Of a DNA stretch of 64,000 nt, positions 1 to 13,820 are shown piece after piece; within the stretch, counting starts at the first letter, position 1; each line of letters starts with the position of its first letter. The notes beneath the pieces are model-generated. The model saw nothing but the letters and a program-made list of their open reading frames with translations. It was not told the DNA's origin and did no database searches. This DNA is from Lytechinus pictus (taxonomy: Eukaryota), in contig NC_087251.1 of NCBI RefSeq assembly GCF_037042905.1, positions 3,164,001 through 3,228,000 on the forward strand, in the 5' to 3' direction. The position numbers and the translations under genes are program-made.

Positions 1-3000
1 AGATTGATGATGCTCCTTGTTCTCTTTGCATCATAACAAACCATGAGGTATACATCATTATCATCTATATATAGCGTTTTAGCCATACATTAGAAACATG
101 TATTTTGGTCTGCATCAATTGCTTGTGCAGTATCAGAGTGTATAGAGATAAATATCCCATAGGCTTCTGTAAAAATTTACCGTTGAGTATGAGACCATAT
201 TGAACAGTCTAGTGCACATGCGTGAATGCGTGAAATATACAATGCGTACAACAATGAAAGCAATGCGAAGAGCAGCATAGATCACAATTACGCTCAATGA
301 CCAAAATTGATCCTAAAGTGATGCCATAATGTGATAAGTGATTTGACTTGTTCAAATCAAATTCTCCCTCTTTTTTTTTTTTTGGGGGGGGTTGTATAGA
401 TGATAATAATTATATTGGATGGCTTTATTTCATGAAATACCAGAAACATTCCACTCGTAATGGCTAATATTTTCCCAAACTCTTGGGATATTTCTGGTAT
501 TCCATTCTGAGCCATCCAGTATAATAGTATTATTGTCTTGTTTTGTTCATTATTCATTATCATCAGAGGGTTACATAACAATGTGGAATGTTGCTGCACT
601 CTTGGAGGACCCCCTAACAGATGATCATGTAAGTTATACACAATACCATATATATAAAGATTTCAGTAAAATGTCTATATAGCCAAAGCAAGTATAGGAA
701 CCAATCATGAAATTGATTGTGTGTGGAGTCACAGTCTTGATTGTTCAAGTAAAATTTCAAGTAGATTTAATTTGAGTCAAATATGTAACTGATAAAAGAG
801 TTTGGTAATTAACATATTTAAGCTCATACCAACTTAAATTTTGTGCCAAGCTTTTATCTAATTTGTATTTGTTGACTTTCTTTAGCCAGGTGATCATTTT
901 TCTTTTTCTCAGTGTTGCTAGTGGTCTTTGAATGGTCATTGGTCATTGAATAAATTGAAGAAAATGTTCATGAATTATTCAAGATATATCCTGTAATATA
1001 CATGGTGACTTTACTAAATACTCTTATTGTTTTTACAGGGAGCAGTACAGCAGCTGATAAGTTGGAGAGCTCACCTTAGTAAGATTGTTAGTCTGATCTA
1101 TGTAGATAGGATGAAGATTATCATATCAGGATCAACAGATGGTTCAGTCAGGTATGTAGGTTTCTATTATCATTGTCAAGTTAAAAGCTAATATTTTAAC
1201 TCATCAAATGATGCCTTCTGATTGGTCTAGGGAACATTTTGTGAGAGTTTGTATATTTTTCTTGATAAGAAGTTCTATGAAACTGAGTTTAGTTCTTAAT
1301 CACTGTGTTATGTGGTGAATCATTTTTGTAAGATTAAATGGCTGCATTTACAACAAATTTCAAAACGATTAGTTGGAAGGGATGCATGAAAGAGTAATAA
1401 ACAAACCCCTGCCTATTGCATTGCTAATCACCATGAGAATCAAATTGTTTATTTCTTTCTGATAGAGGTTGTTTAAAAAATAACAATGCCACTTCCATAG
1501 GAGACAAGTGATATTGAAAACTGGAAATATCGGCTGATAGTTGGTAGCAAGATGTAATGACTCAGTGGTACCACTTCACTTGGTCATAATTCATTAACTG
1601 ATTATCCATCCATTATTAGCATGGACAGGATATATTTTCAGAAAAGTTCTCAGATTTATCCAGAAATATTCTAGTCATAGCAATTCACCATTTTTACAAG
1701 TTGATAGAAGTTCCAATAAAAAAAAACTGACATAGAAAATGAATGATACAGGACAATGGAAATAGTGACTGCTGTTACTTAAGAGATCGTATTTGGAGAT
1801 ACCAATTAACACTACATTCTTTTGTGATAGGGTTTGGTATGGTGATGCACCCCAGAGAAGTCACTTCATGGGATTCTTTGGTCAACATAGACCATGGAAC
1901 TACCCCAGTGCTGAAAGCTCAAGTGAACCTGTATTACCCTATGATATAGCTGAGAGACCCCTCCTGCCACCAAAGAGGGAGAATGAGAAGAAGAAACAGA
2001 ATACTCAGAGCTATGAGTATCCCCTCATCTTTGATAGTGACAAGTAAGTAGAAACAGTAAGAGGAGTATTGCTTTGGAAGAACATGGGTTAATTGAGTTT
2101 TTATTTAACACAGTAGGCGGTTGACACTCGCCCCATCTCTTAAATGCTGATATATTATTATCAACCAACATCAAAGTCTCGTAAAACAACTAAATTAGTA
2201 TGGCAGGGCTGTGTTTGTTTTCATTTGGTGATTCAAGGTCAATCTATTTGCCAGATTGCCTCTTTTATTGTCTATTAATGGGTTTCTTTTTTATTTTGCA
2301 AATTATCTTGTTACAAGTGCCCTGGATCATCGTTGAATTATTAAACCAGCATAAGCCTGGGAAGAAGTCCTGCGTGATACCTTTCCTTATTGCTTGGTTT
2401 TATTTGTCATTATTAATCATATTGAAAAAAATAGAAATTAAAAATTGAAAAGCACAAGTTTTTAAATATAACAATTATCACAGAATGAAGGTTAATTCTG
2501 TATATCAAAACCACCAATTTCACATTTCTCTCTGGATCTAGATGGAAGCCATTCCGTCGTTCAGCTTATCAACAGACCAGAAACAAGAAGATGGAGCCTG
2601 AAGATAAGAAGTTCTTTGAAGCGCTTCAGAAGCCTCACTTCTACAATGATCATCTGAAGAGTTTCAAGACAGGAGAAATGAGTCTTGGAGCAGTGTTCAG
2701 AGCCCTACCAGTCTATAGAGTAAGTCAATTATTTAATTGTATTGGGGATTATACAGACATGAACCCCAGGCTAAACATTGATGGAAAAGCATGAAAAATG
2801 CATGATTGTGTTCGTAAAACATGCTGCTTTTCACTTTGTGATACAGAAACTTGAACTATGCATTTCTTATTACCAAAGTAATTGTATCATTTTGAGAAAA
2901 AGATTCTTTCCTGATTAGTCAATATTCAAAATTTTTCCTTTGGAATTGTATGTGCATTTTAAGAACAAATATGACTGATGTTGTTCAGATTTAGTTTAGT

Positions 3001-4078
3001 GTGGTTCAGTGTTATTTAAAGATCAAAATAATGTATATGAGAATGTTAGCAATATATAAATAATTAAAACGATAGATTTTTCCTAAAGGTCCATCTAGAG
3101 GTATCAGGTATAACATTGTGATATCTTGAGGGGTTTGAATTGATGAGTAATTTGTGCATTTCATTGAATCATTGACAATTCATTTCACTGACATAGATAT
3201 CTTCCACATGTCAAATTTTGATCTTTGATTAGGTGAGTACACCTGAGAGATTAGAAACACCAGCTATGGAGTACAGTAAATCAGCTTTAGCCAATGATTC
3301 CTATCTATATGGACCACCTCCACCTAGGAACAACAGGGCTCCTTCACCTAATAAAGAAGTCTCAACAAAGGTATTTATTCTAATTCCTACATTTGAAAAT
3401 AACACTATTGGGAGACATACTTAAACTCTGTCATAAATAGAATAATATGCCTTGAATGGAATGAGAGCTATTACGTATCTCTAATAGTGTATTATCAACA
3501 ATTCCTGAACTTTCAAGACATGATGGAAGTGATTACCTATCTAAAAAGGCAACAAATCAAGGTACATCAATGTCTGAGAGCACTACTTAGGTGTCCCTAC
3601 ACAGTGGCTGTAAAACAGCAAGACCATACCCACTAGAAAAATAATTATAGTAGTAATATCTTTTTTATCCAGGGTAGCCACTTCAGTTATAAAACTGCCC
3701 TACCAGAAGAATTGTTAACAGTAAAGTAGTACCCTTATTGTGAAATCATTGATAGGACATTCAAATGAGTAAGATCTTATCTTAGTAACAGAAACCATTA
3801 AGAATGAAAAATCACTTGAAAACTCATGAAAATGAATGTACACTTGTCACAAAGCATAAAATCCTGACAAGATCAACACACTTCTCTCCACATAATACAT
3901 TTCTTAATTTCAGATCGATAAATGAACGTGAAAGATGGTTAAAGTTGCTCTCTTTCTCTCTCTATTGTAAATTTGACAGCCAAGCAAAGGTCAGAGTCAG
4001 AAGAAAGGTACAGTTTCGCCGATAAGATCACCTCTTCCATCACCACGGCGACGAACAACAGACAAAACTCCAAGATGA
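1..4078 (+). CDS. 3' part of a WD40-repeat protein gene, WDR49/WDR64-like (spliced, 5' end outside window)
   Basis: Phase-compatible AG/GT exons: <1-47 (tentative), 1039-1151, 1831-2043, 2542-2719, 3233-3370, 3980-4078 (TGA). Translation includes ISWRAHLSKIVSLIYVDRMKIIISGSTDGSVR|VWYGD...FMGFFGQHRPW, a terminal WD repeat followed by the G.FGQ..PW pattern I associate with WDR49/WDR64-type proteins. Confidence 0.75.
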
Positions 4079-6849
4079 TGCAGCATAATTCTTCCATGCC
4101 AATCGGCTATGAATGTCAACCTTAATCTATAAACATTCATGCATTTATATAAGAGGAATGCACAAGAGAATTGATGATGCATTAATTAGTGAATGTATCT
4201 AGTATCATCTGTGATGGTTTATCAGTGTTATCATCTTCCTCCTACCTGTTATCTCCTCCCGTTTGAATCTTCTTGAATCCATTGGACCTCTTGCCCATAT
4301 ATGACAGTATTAGTGTATGTAGATATGCATTTCATCTTCCATCACCATCATCTATCCAAATACTTTGCGCCTTGTGCATCCTTCTACTTCAGAGTATAAC
4401 TCCTTTCTTCATCATTAAGTCTTTGCTTTTCCTTATGCTCTCATATTGTATTTCATAATGCCATATACCAACATCTCCATCTCCCCCAACACAAATATAT
4501 ACATTTAAAAGACCTTTTCAGTTTGCTTTAACACACACATTTCTCCCTCTTTCACTTGTCAGTAAACTTCCTTTCACTCTTTAATCATTTTTCTAACCTG
4601 GAGGTTATATGTTGTAGAGACTAGAGAGAAAAAACACCATCTAATTCTATTTTGCTTACTATAATTGACAGTGACGTTTGTAGATAACAAATACTAGTTT
4701 TTGTGACATAAGTTATAGGCATTTTGGATGGAATTGTGGCATACATAATTAAGATAAACTGTTGAAAGATGTTTCTTCATCATTGTTAAGTTATATATCT
4801 GTCAAATATTGTTTTTATTGATATGTTGACAAATCAGAATGCTATTGCATGATTTAGTAAATTTCATAATTATTTCAAACTGAGATATGTATTTAATGAC
4901 ATGATGTAAGTTCACAACCCCTCGGAAGCCATTCCTATGCAAAGTTGGTCATGTGATATTCTTCTATTATTTTGACAGCTTGACCTTTTTTTTTTGCATT
5001 GTAAAAATGTTACTGGTATCAATTCTGATTATATTCTTGTATATTTTGAAAAGATATGGTTGATTGACCTTTATTTATCATTGGACCAAACTATGCAATG
5101 ATATATCAAGTTAGAATTGATGATTGTGTGAATCATAGTATTTATTTGATATATAGTACTGTATATTTTATCTTTTAAATGATGATCAAGGGTGATCAAA
5201 TTACCAAAGAATAGTATTCAACCTTGTTACTTAAATTAAGTATTCTTTTTCATCTGTCTTTTTTTATACTCTAGCACTTCAGTTGTGTATAGATCTGTCC
5301 ATATCTTTTTATAATGATTTGAAAGCAGCTTATATTGGATTTTCTAGCAATTATATTATATCCGTCCCATCTTCTAGTAAATTCTCAACAATTAAGTCAT
5401 TTATAGAAAAGCTATATCAGTTATGTGTGTATTGAATATATAAATATGTAAATAAAGATCTTGACCTATATTTTCTCTCTTGAATTCACCTTGAAAATAT
5501 GGTGTATTACACTCTTTATACATACATGTATTTATAGATTATTCTAATTTGAATTTGGGAGTGTTTTGTAAATGTGGGCGTGACATCTCAACTCATTTGA
5601 AGTGAAGTTTATTTGCTTTGGTGGTTGCATATTAACATGCACAAAGTGCAACTCATTTATCAAAAGATCGTTTATGGGTTTTGATTCTAGTACTTATTAA
5701 TGAAGTAAGATGAGACATGCTTGTGTTTGAACATCAAATTCTAAAAGTATGAACTGAGAAATTATCTCAAGGTATTTATTTCAAAATCAAGTCAGGATTT
5801 TGTTTTCAATTTGCTTTTTGCAACATTAACAGATGTTATCTTTTCAATTTATGTTACCTGTCAATTTGTTTGAGTATAGAATTTTGTTTCACCTTTTACA
5901 AATGCTACCCTGGTATTCTTTAAAACATTAACAGTGAAATAAGGAAAATCCAGGCAAATGTATAATATGCCTGGCCATTACACCAAAATATTTCACTATA
6001 CAGAGCTTGAGAGGTATAAATTTCACATATCCAAATTATTTCAAAAATATTTTCTTCAATAATTTGTTGTTTTTAGCTCAGATTTCTAATTGACTATATT
6101 TTGTTCAGCTCATCTGCTACACTTTTTTTTTTTATCTTCAAACTTGCATACATGTATATGGTGATGTATTAATTGGCTGGTCTGAATATATTCATAGAGG
6201 GCATCATACGAATTGATTCGCTTTTATTTTCCTGAAATATTTATCAAGTTTGAGTGTTTGCAGGGTGGAATAAAATAATTCAAATTATTTAAATCTTATG
6301 TCTGTATTTAGTTTCTGTTCAAATTGTGTTTTTTCCTGTTTGAATATGAGTGGGATTTGGGGGAGGGGGTTAACAACAAGGAAATGAATAAACAATTTGC
6401 ATGCATCCAATTTTTGGCATGTGTTCACATATATTTATTTACATTATATTTTTCTATCTTTATTTACAACTTCAATAATGGGAAATGTTAGTTAACATAG
6501 GCTAGTTATTCATGTTGTCATATTATGACCTACTTGATAGGATGTTCATTATTTTTTTTCCTCTCACTTCACATTACACTTTGATTGTAAAGGACCTCAG
6601 CTTTTCAGTATCTGCCTTTGCTGTGGCTATGTCAAACAATTATACTAAAAACAATTTTAAAGGGTATATCAATATTTAGGATGGAGAAATCGTGATTGTG
6701 ACTGAAAATAACCTATTATGAATGAATGCTTGGTATATGATACAGGGAAAATGATCTTGTGCCCCAAGTGTAAAATTAAATTTGATATAGGTTATTTTCA
6801 TTTCAAATTGACTGAGATGTTAAAAAATTACTTGGGATGTTTGAATTGA

Positions 6850-8959
6850 TCAAGGTGCATTTCTAGTATATCTGGTTGCTGTGGGTGGCCTTGTTCTTTC
6901 TCGATGACCATCTCTAGGAGTATTCCGACCAACATCAGCAGTTCTTGAAGGCATTGGTGAATGCATGCTATCTTGACTTGCAGACGCTACAGCTGATGTC
7001 CCCGGTTCAATCTTCTTGCTGCGTCGAGTCAAATTCTGCGTAAAACGGCTGGTCGATTCGGTAGATCGGTCTTCACGTAGCGGTGGAGTTGACCTCGTAG
7101 TAGCATTGTTGTTACCGCTCACACGATTACTTTCTACCAGATTGCTGGTTGCAGGGGTTGGGGTAGGAGGATGTGCAGGTGGACTACGGCGGTTTGAAGA
7201 TGAGCGTGATGTAGTCGCAAAGTTTGGAGTTGTAACTGGCTTGAAGTTACATCCATCTTGCATCCATGGATGGTTAAGAATGTCATTCACTTTCAGTCTG
7301 CGTTTTTTATATACCAAAATGAAACCAAGCCAGAAGTAGCTGTTAGTAATGACTCTCACCACACCAATAGCACATAGTTATTTGTAATTTTATCAAAACA
7401 ATCACAGCAAATGCTGGTTTGTGTACTATTTCTGATGCAATGATTTGTAAAACTTTTGGGGAGATGGAGTCATTCTATTGTACTGAAAAGTTTAAAAGCA
7501 TTGTCATATTAGAACTTATAATCATTTCCAACTAAAAAAAACCGAAATTCCTACCAATACATTCATTGTTTTTATTATCTTGAATTTTATATCAATGAAT
7601 TATTTTATAATAAAAAGAATAGCAATTGTAATGGCTTCAGAAAATGATGAATGATAAGGAAATATTTCATTTAACAACGAATTTCTACCACTGCTCATTG
7701 CTCCCTCCTCCTGCTTTTCCTTTTAATTCTATGACATCATCACTTTATTCTCTGATATGATCATCTATTGCCTTGATATGATCATCTATATTGCCTAGAT
7801 ATGATAATCTGTATTGCCTTGATAATTATGATCATATATATTGCCTTGATATGATCATCTATATTGCCTTGACATATCAAACTTACCTCCTTTCTGCAGC
7901 AGGTTGGAGAACAGCCAGAATGATATCTTTAAAGAGTAAGGTAAGTTCTTTCTTTTTCGTGAAGCAGAGTCTCTGATCCATTTGGTCTTTAATCATCCGT
8001 TTGATATTAGAATCATCAAAAGGCATTGTCCCGCATACCATGATGTATAGAATAATCCCCAAACTCCATACATCGTATGCCTTACCTGAAATTACATAAG
8101 TTTGTGTGTATTTTAGTCCCATTTTGATAGGACTGAAATAATAATTAAGCTAAACAGGTGTTGATCAAAATATATAACAAATAGGCCTACAATTTAGAGT
8201 CGTATTCTTTTAATTTGTTATTTATTGTTTTACTTATTTATGTGGCTATTCATACTTTCAGGTGGCTGTTTGCTAATAAAATAATCATACTTCATGAAAC
8301 ATAATTTATATGAGACTGGAATTAGAGACATCTGACAATAAATAAATTCACATTTACACCGATGTATTGATGGAGGGGCATTAGGGGCAATAGACCCCAA
8401 AAGATATCGGACTAGGGCCTGTTACAACCGATAATGTCGCAGGGACGCATAATGTCGCAATTGCGACATTATGCGTTGACTGTGACATTATGCGTTGGAT
8501 GATTTTGGCATAATGTCACAGTCAACGCATAATGTCGTAGCTTAAATTACTAACGCATAACGTCGCAAGTCTTAACGCATAATGTCGCATCGGTATTTTA
8601 TTCAGGAATCGAGTTGCAGATAAGATATAAGATATGTTTTCACTCAGTAATTCATTCAAGCTCTGTCATCTGAACGTTTTTGAAATTGTGTTTGGTGGGA
8701 CAGGCGCGAATGCGGGGGGGGGGCAGTATTGAATTCATTATGATGAAGAATGGTCACTTTTTGAAAATTTGATATTTTATCGTTGTTCATATTTTAAGAA
8801 AGAAATCATATTTCGTATTATAACTCAGAATGTACCGTATGAACAGTAATTATAAAGCGATAGGTCCTATACAAATCTCCCGTGGGGGAGAGGGGATCAC
8901 GTGATAAAGTAATAACATGTTAGTATGTTGCGGGAGGGGGCAGAATTAATGCCCCCCCC

Positions 8960-8995
<36 letters not shown>

Positions 8996-11900
8996 TTACT
9001 AAAATGTGCACGAAATCATTAAATATCACTTTAGATTCGTTTTTCACATGACCACATCCCCTCCTCACAGAAAAAAAGCTGAGTATGTATTTCTTATTAA
9101 AAAAAATAACTGGACATTACAATGTTTTACAACTTGTTTTCGTTTCTTTTTTAAATAACGAGAGCCGACCCTTGCAGTGGCGGCACCAGAATTTTAAAAC
9201 TGGTGGGTGGCAAAGGAAAAGGGATAGAGGGGACTAAAATTTATTTTGCATGTTTCACAAAATGGAGTGTGAAGCGCGACTAGGGCACTGGATCCAACTT
9301 TTGGATCCCTGTTGGAGTCCAGGGTCAGAGCACGCATACATACGTGTTTCTAATACATTATAAAGCAGGATTTCGCCAAAAGGGGGTGGGGCGCAGAATG
9401 TTTTAATTCAGGTTTCCCCAATGGGCTGCTAAAAGCCAATTTTTGCTGTTGGTTTATAGAGGGAGCAGTCCCAGCTAAAGACTAAAGTTTGAAGACTATT
9501 ATTTTAATTAGCTGTATTCTTACAAACAAGATAGGCTATCTCACATTGCCTAAATAGATAATGAGAGCGCGAAGCGCGAGCTCAACTTTTTGGATCTTGA
9601 TGCATTTAGACCAAAGCAATGTACATTCTGAGCAATTTTTGGCAGTATAAGATATGCGAGCGCGAATCGCGCGCTAAATTTTTTATATATTGATGGCACA
9701 TTCCGAGTAAAAATACGAAATATGATTTCTTTATTAAAATGTCATGAACAACAATGAAATGTAATTAAATTTGTATTTAATTTTCAGCAAGATGACTTTA
9801 CTGTCCTGCAAAATAAGTTGAATTGCATGTATAGCTACATGCACATATGAATGGTGATATGCGTATACTTGCATTTCACTAGTCCACACATTACAATGTT
9901 TCAAAGTCCACCCCGGCCCTTCCCCAGACAATGAATTCGATATTGACCCCCTCCCCTGCATCCGTACCTGCCCCACCAAACACGCTCTTTAAAACGTTCA
10001 GATGACAGGGCTTGCACAAATGAATCAGTGAAAACATATTTTATGTCTTATATTTAACTCGAGTCCTGAAGCGAATACCGCTGCGACATTATGCGTTAAG
10101 ACTTGCGACGTTATGCGTTGGTAGAAAAGCTACGACATTACTAATGCGTTGACTGTGACATTATGCGTTGGACGCTCTTGGCATAATGTCGCAATCTGCG
10201 ACATTATGCGTTGGTGTGACATTATGCGTTGCTGCGAAATTATCGGTTGTAACAGGGCCCCGTTGCATAAAAAATTCTAATTTGGTAACTTAGCCATTAA
10301 AAAACTTCCCTGAAATCCTTGATTCTGATTGGTTGCTAAGCATTGTTACCATGGTAGTTACCTTTGGATGACAAAGATACTAAAATAGTAGGCTTTTATG
10401 CAACGGGGCCCAGGTGGGGATGAGGAGGGAAAACAATGGAAAGGAAAAGGAGTGAAATATGGTATTTTCTTAATATTATGACTTAATCTATCACAAATGG
10501 AATTTTCATTTTTAAAGGTAAAAAGTTTTTGCTTGCTCGCGACAAAATGTTTACCCTATATGTCTTTTTCTGTACCCCACATTTTTTAAATCACTTTGCC
10601 AATTCATATCCATGTCCACTGCATATATTGTTCATACTTTAAGTAAATCTTGATTTAAAATGGCAATAAGTTTATACCTATTATCTCTTCATCAAACTAT
10701 GAAGATGCATCTCTTTCCAGTGCTGACAATATTATGAACGATTCGAATATGCCAATTAGTTGAACCGAGAAGGGTTTAAATTCAATTAAAAACCAAGATC
10801 TAATTGCGATAATATTTCATTCCTTAAAAAATATATATAAGTTTCTATTTTAATGAAATGGATTATTATATATTTACATTTACATACCATTATACATGTT
10901 TCCTTTTAATATTTCTGGAGCAGCATAGGCCGCACTGCCACAGTAAGTCTTGCTGAGATCTTGCGGCTCCATGAAGCGTGCGAAACCAAAGTCAGATATT
11001 TTAATGGTGTTCGCTGCATCCAGCAAAATGTTTTCACATTTCAAATCCCTTAATTAATATCAATGAAAATAACGCAACAATTAATTGAACTTTAATATAA
11101 AATATCGCTACTAACATAGTTTTTTAAGTAAAATATTCAACGAAATTGTCAATTAATAAGGCCTTTAACATTGGGCAGAGGTTTGTAGAGAGGGGAATAT
11201 CATGATGTACGATGGCGAAGATTTTTTATTAAAGCTAATATTATGACAATGATCTTGAATCCCAAGTTAGATTTTGATTTGTTCTGAATGAACTGAGTGT
11301 CATTACGACTACATTGATTATTTTTCATTAGGTTATATAAAAGTATGAAAATAAATAGGCCTACCATAATCAATTTGATCTTTTTTCATGAACTATAGCC
11401 TATGATCATCATTCCTCGATAGCATTATAATAAAGTTTTATTCAATGTTCATCAGGGGTAGTCATGCTTAGGTTGATGACGGATATTAAAACCATTCAAT
11501 CTTAAATTTTTTTTTTCTATCAATTAATATATTTTGCTTACTGACCTGTGCACTACGTTTAAGCTATGCAGATAAGCAACTCCATCCACCATTTGACGAA
11601 AAAATGAGCGCGCCTTTTCTTCGGTTAAGGATCGTCTGAGCTTGATGTATTCCAACATATCACCATGTCCGGCCAACTCAAGCACCATATAGACCTTAAA
11701 TGAAAATATATGGAAAAATCGAAAGTTTTCATAACTCTAAGTTATTATTTCGATTTGTAGTTCACAAAATGACTCGCACAATAATATAACTATCTGTTCC
11801 TCTGAATGTTTTATTTATGGTAACAATGATAGTAATGATATTACTTAAAATAAAATGAAAATAGTCATATAAATAATAATGATAATTATAAAGATGATGA

Positions 11901-12808
11901 TGACGACGAATGACGATAAAATTATTATCATAATATGATTGAAAATAATGATAATGCCATTAATAATGTTAATAACGATGATGATTCTAATGATGATATA
12001 GATTATGATGATACCCCCCCCCCCCCACATTATTTTATTGCAGTAATACATCGGAACGATGTGTCAAACAACTCTTAATTCAGTAGGCTCAAATTCTTTG
12101 ATCAATTTCAGTTTTATTTTGTTTTAAGAACTAACGTTGGGTGTCAAAAAATATGATTTTCATAAATTAATTCACTATAACCTTAACCTGTAGGATGGGG
12201 GGTGGGGTGTCCGGACACTTAATATTTTTGAAGCCTTCTTTTTTGTCTTTGGATTACACTAAAAATACGAATTCAATAGTTGTAATCATCTTCTGTTTTG
12301 TTCTCTATGATATTACCTAACATTTCGTACTAAATATTTTATGAAACTTTGCTTGTAAATTTTTCCAAATGACTTTATAAAACTGATCGTCCGGACACAC
12401 AACCTGTCCGGACACACAACAACTGGGTATATAGATATAGGCCTAAATATTGAGCAAATAGCTTACCTTATTTCCAGTATCAAATATTTCAAAACATTTG
12501 ACGATATTTCTGTGCTGTACTTTACTCAAAATTTTGATTTCTCGTGGAAGAAATTTTTCCAGAAAATCTTTTGGAGCCTTCTTTCTGTTGATAATTTTAA
12601 TGGCGCACTTTCCTCTGTTGTTGCTCAGTTGGCATGAGTAGACGGCAGCATATGACCCCTCTCCTAACATTAATCCAAGAGTATACCCTTTTTTGTTTAA
12701 CATGACTTCTTCATTTATAACTCTCCGAACCGATGTTGTTCCAGCCATGAATTTGGCACTATCCGTCGCCGGAGGCTTTGTTTCCATCTTAGTTTCTGGT
12801 GATAACAT
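6850..12808 (-). CDS. TSSK: Testis-specific serine/threonine kinase-like, 5 coding exons, ~432 aa
   Basis: Exons 12808-12467, 11694-11546, 11048-10888, 8085-7887, 7297-6850; all GT/AG and in phase, 1299 nt in total. Motifs [64 protein letters not shown] are characteristic of the TSSK family. Confidence 0.93.
7753..7872. repeat. Minisatellite, ~22-27 bp unit (tgatatgatcatctatattgcct)
   Basis: About 5 imperfect tandem copies in TSSK intron 4. Confidence 0.8.
8420..10254. mobile_element. Non-autonomous TIR element with TGT...ACA ends and 5 bp TSD (Ginger-like)
   Basis: TIR tgttacaaccgataat / attatcggttgtaaca; TSD gggcc at 8415-8419 and 10255-10259; subterminal aacgcataatgtcgca repeats; long imperfect inverted arms. 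Confidence 0.8.
10255..10411. mobile_element. Short MITE whose left TIR was the target of the Ginger-like element
   Basis: TIR gggccccgttgcataaaa / ttttatgcaacggggccc. Confidence 0.65.
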
Positions 12809-13041
12809 TTTTTTTGGGGTATTTTGCTTGTTTTGACTTGAGCTCTATGTTTTTTTATTTTAAGTTTTCTTTTGTGTTTTATTAACACAAGTTATTCAAT
12901 ACTGAACTTTTATCGTTGTGTTTTCCTGGCACCTCTAAATTGAAATTGGATTGTGATTAATAAAGTTTCTTTTGCATAGCGCATGGGGCAACGCGCACGC
13001 GCCTTGTGCATGCAAACGTAAACCACTTGTCGATTGATGAA

Positions 13042-13656
13042 TGACGTCAACAATAGGATTGTCGTAGCAATATCATTGACCAATAAATGAAAATAATTCT
13101 CCTGTATCAAGTTGATGCAATTAAAGAAAGACGGATAACTTGTGTAAATAGGCATGTGGTAATCAATTAATAATCAAATTATAATGAACATATTTAATAT
13201 ATTTATCTATTATTTTGTTTAAGTTAATAATTTATGTATATTCAATTGTATTTTGTCTTTACCAAAATAATTCACCTTCGCAGATTGTTGATCTCACTTA
13301 CTGAAAAAAAATTACAAAAAAGGAAAAGATAACGGTTGATTGACTGCATGGCTACACGAACCCTGTAGATCGATACTTGAGAATAGATTAGGCCTAAATT
13401 ATAAATTGGAAGATAATAGTTTTATGGAAGGATTATGTTTCTTCGTGTGAATGTGGCCTTTTTTACATTATCGACATGAGACATGAACCCCATGTTTGGT
13501 GACCTATATTTCGCAATGAGCAAAGCAATAAAAGTTACGTGCAATTGTAATTGTGACGTCATGTGAGTACATGGCTCATGCACATGACCCGACTGGTGTG
13601 ACCTAGATCACCGCATTGACATCATGCGCACCAGTACAACACGATGACGTAACAAT
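13042..13656. promoter_or_regulatory. Bidirectional TSSK promoter with CRE elements
   Basis: Perfect TGACGTCA at 13042-13049 and 13554-13561, variants TGACATCA 13617-13624 and TGACGTAA 13645-13652, lying between two divergent start codons about 1 kb apart. Confidence 0.6.
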
Positions 13657-13820
13657 GTAGACCTTAATTGGTAACATAAAATATATTTCATATTTCAATG
13701 TTGGTAACCAATCAAACATTAATGTTCTAACGATCATCAGTTCTAACAAGCATTAAATTTGTAGGAATTCATCATATATTATTTTTTGTAAAAAAGCGGC
13801 GTAAAAAGGTGACGAAAATC

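Noticed and set aside
7016..7339. 107 aa + strand ORF
   Set aside because: Antisense shadow of the last TSSK exon.
11830..12012. Ile-rich 68 aa ORF
   Set aside because: Degenerate (ATA/ATG)n microsatellite inside a TSSK intron.
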